Assembly: GCA_964019335.1 (NCBI GenBank)
Contig: OZ025701.1
Location: 186,001-250,000 of the forward strand
Source: Diplonema japonicum
Lineage: Eukaryota; Protista; Euglenozoa: Diplonemea
Direction of reading: 5' to 3'
Length of the DNA stretch: 64,000 nt
Part shown: piece by piece, positions 62,853 to 64,000 of the stretch
Numbering within the stretch: position 1 is the stretch's first letter
Layout of the letters: each line of letters begins with the position of its first letter
The notes under the pieces: model-generated
What the model was told of the DNA's origin: nothing
Databases searched by the model: none
Seen by the model: the letters and a program-made list of their open reading frames with translations, nothing else
Translations under genes and position numbers: made by a program

Positions 62853-64000
62853 TCAATTCGCTCTACTTTTCACCAACTCCCAGATCTGAGCACGTGCTGT
62901 ATCAACAGATAGCTTCGAGGGTGTTTCGTTGGTGAACTTTGGGACCTCTGGTATAGGTTCATCGGGGAGCCCGTGGAAATATTCATGACCGAGCGATTCA
63001 GGAATACTGCAACGCTCCTCAGGGAGGTAGGCAAGCATCGCAGAGAGCAAATCGCATTCGACGTCCGTAGAGCCAAACGGGTTCTCCTCCGGTTCCATCA
63101 TGAACTGCTCGTCGGTGAAGTATTCCTTAATGGTGACGGGTGGGGTGGACATCAACCTCTCCCTCATCATTGGCCCCGCGAAGTTGGCTATACTGGCCGG
63201 TGGCGGACCTAAAACCTGCGAGAGGCGTTTTAATATATCAATTGGCGATTTTTTATGAGAAACTAACGGATCACCCGTAATGAGCTCCCACATGATACAG
63301 CCAACACCCCAGATTTCAGGCGCGTGGACCTGTTCCAAGTGAGCTTGGGTTCCTTGTGAAATTACGTTGTACTCCTCACCTTGTTGGTTTGCCAAGTCTA
63401 AAACCTGTACAATCCCTTCAGGCGGCATGTAAGCCATAGAAGTTACGAGGGTTATGGCGGTGGGGTTGTTCGTCGTGAAGTCGGGTACACGGCCGGAACC
63501 GAAATCGCAGATGACTAGCTGTATTTTCCCGGTTTCTGGGTGGATTTTGATGAGTAGATTTTCCGGTTTTATATCACGGTGGACGAATCCCGCCAAGTGA
63601 ATGCTGTGTAGTCCTCTGAGGAGCTGGCGGATTAATGATTTCCGCTTAATTATATCGAGAGACGCTAGCTCGTCATCGTCGTTCAGAAAACCGCGCAAGG
63701 ATGTGTCGTAGCGATCCATAACTAGATACACGTCATTGAAGGTGGACTCTGTGAAGCCTGATGGGATGAAGAAATCCCGTAGTGTCACAACATTTGGGTG
63801 GTTCACGATGCAGAAGTGGTTCAGCAGCTGCAGCTCCCTCACCGCTGCCATGTGCCTCCCTTCGCTGAACACCTCGTTGCATCTCTTTATCGCAACTTCC
63901 TTCCCGGTTTCCACGTCGACCGCACTGCACACGGACCCAAAACTCCCCTTCCCCAACACCTTATTAGCACATTTATATCTCTCCGGCACAATAAAGGTCA
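62853..64000 (-). CDS. CMGC/MAPK-like Ser/Thr kinase, 5' end outside window
   Basis: TFIVPERY, LGKGSFGSVCSA, VAIKR, RELQLL, FNDVYLVM, HRDIKPENLL, DFG. No TxY in the activation loop. Confidence 0.88.
   Translation of the reverse strand, partial: TFIVPERYKCANKVLGKGSFGSVCSAVDVETGKEVAIKRCNEVFSEGRHMAAVRELQLLNHFCIVNHPNVVTLRDFFIPSGFTESTFNDVYLVMDRYDTSLRGFLNDDDELASLDIIKRKSLIRQLLRGLHSIHLAGFVHRDIKPENLLIKIHPETGKIQLVICDFGSGRVPDFTTNNPTAITLVTSMAYMPPEGIVQVLDLANQQGEEYNVISQGTQAHLEQVHAPEIWGVGCIMWELITGDPLVSHKKSPIDILKRLSQVLGPPPASIANFAGPMMRERLMSTPPVTIKEYFTDEQFMMEPEENPFGSTDVECDLLSAMLAYLPEERCSIPESLGHEYFHGLPDEPIPEVPKFTNETPSKLSVDTARAQIWELVKSRAN

Noticed and set aside
3-63212. Plus-strand ORFs overlapping minus-strand genes
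   Set aside because: They are antisense shadows of real CDSs with no recognisable motifs; the only plus-strand coding signal is the YR relic.
1-64000. rRNA, SL RNA or snRNA genes
   Set aside because: No recognisable conserved sequences seen by eye; an Infernal/Rfam scan would be needed to exclude divergent ones.

Overview
This is eukaryotic nuclear DNA with homopolymer-rich intergenic spacers (poly-A/T, poly-G/C) and one 200-N assembly gap. I can support 24 protein-coding genes, and all are on the minus strand. That points to a directional, polycistronic-type gene cluster as in Euglenozoa; because cis-introns are present, a diplonemid-like organism is my inference, not established. Reading the sequence by hand gives 15 tiny GT-AG introns (34-57 nt) that the ORF track misses. 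They repair the EF-hand repeat gene, two dynein light chain copies, a Tudor-PDZ-FYVE gene, Nup133, PTEN and a small membrane protein, and they reveal a hidden HYPK gene. Several of these introns have A-tracts rather than a polypyrimidine tract. None of the 23 visible stop codons is TAA (16 TGA, 7 TAG), and most ATGs follow a poly(A) or purine run. Mobile DNA includes a decayed tyrosine-recombinase (Crypton-like) element, a non-coding repeat family with the same asymmetric inverted-repeat, hairpin and TATTT-end architecture (3 full copies, 2 of them head-to-tail), a tRNA-derived SINE with an 11-bp TSD and A29 tail inserted at a second tRNA-like sequence, and a MITE-like element. Several genes look bacterial in type (MMPL, Sulfotransfer_4-type, TrmA, TerD).
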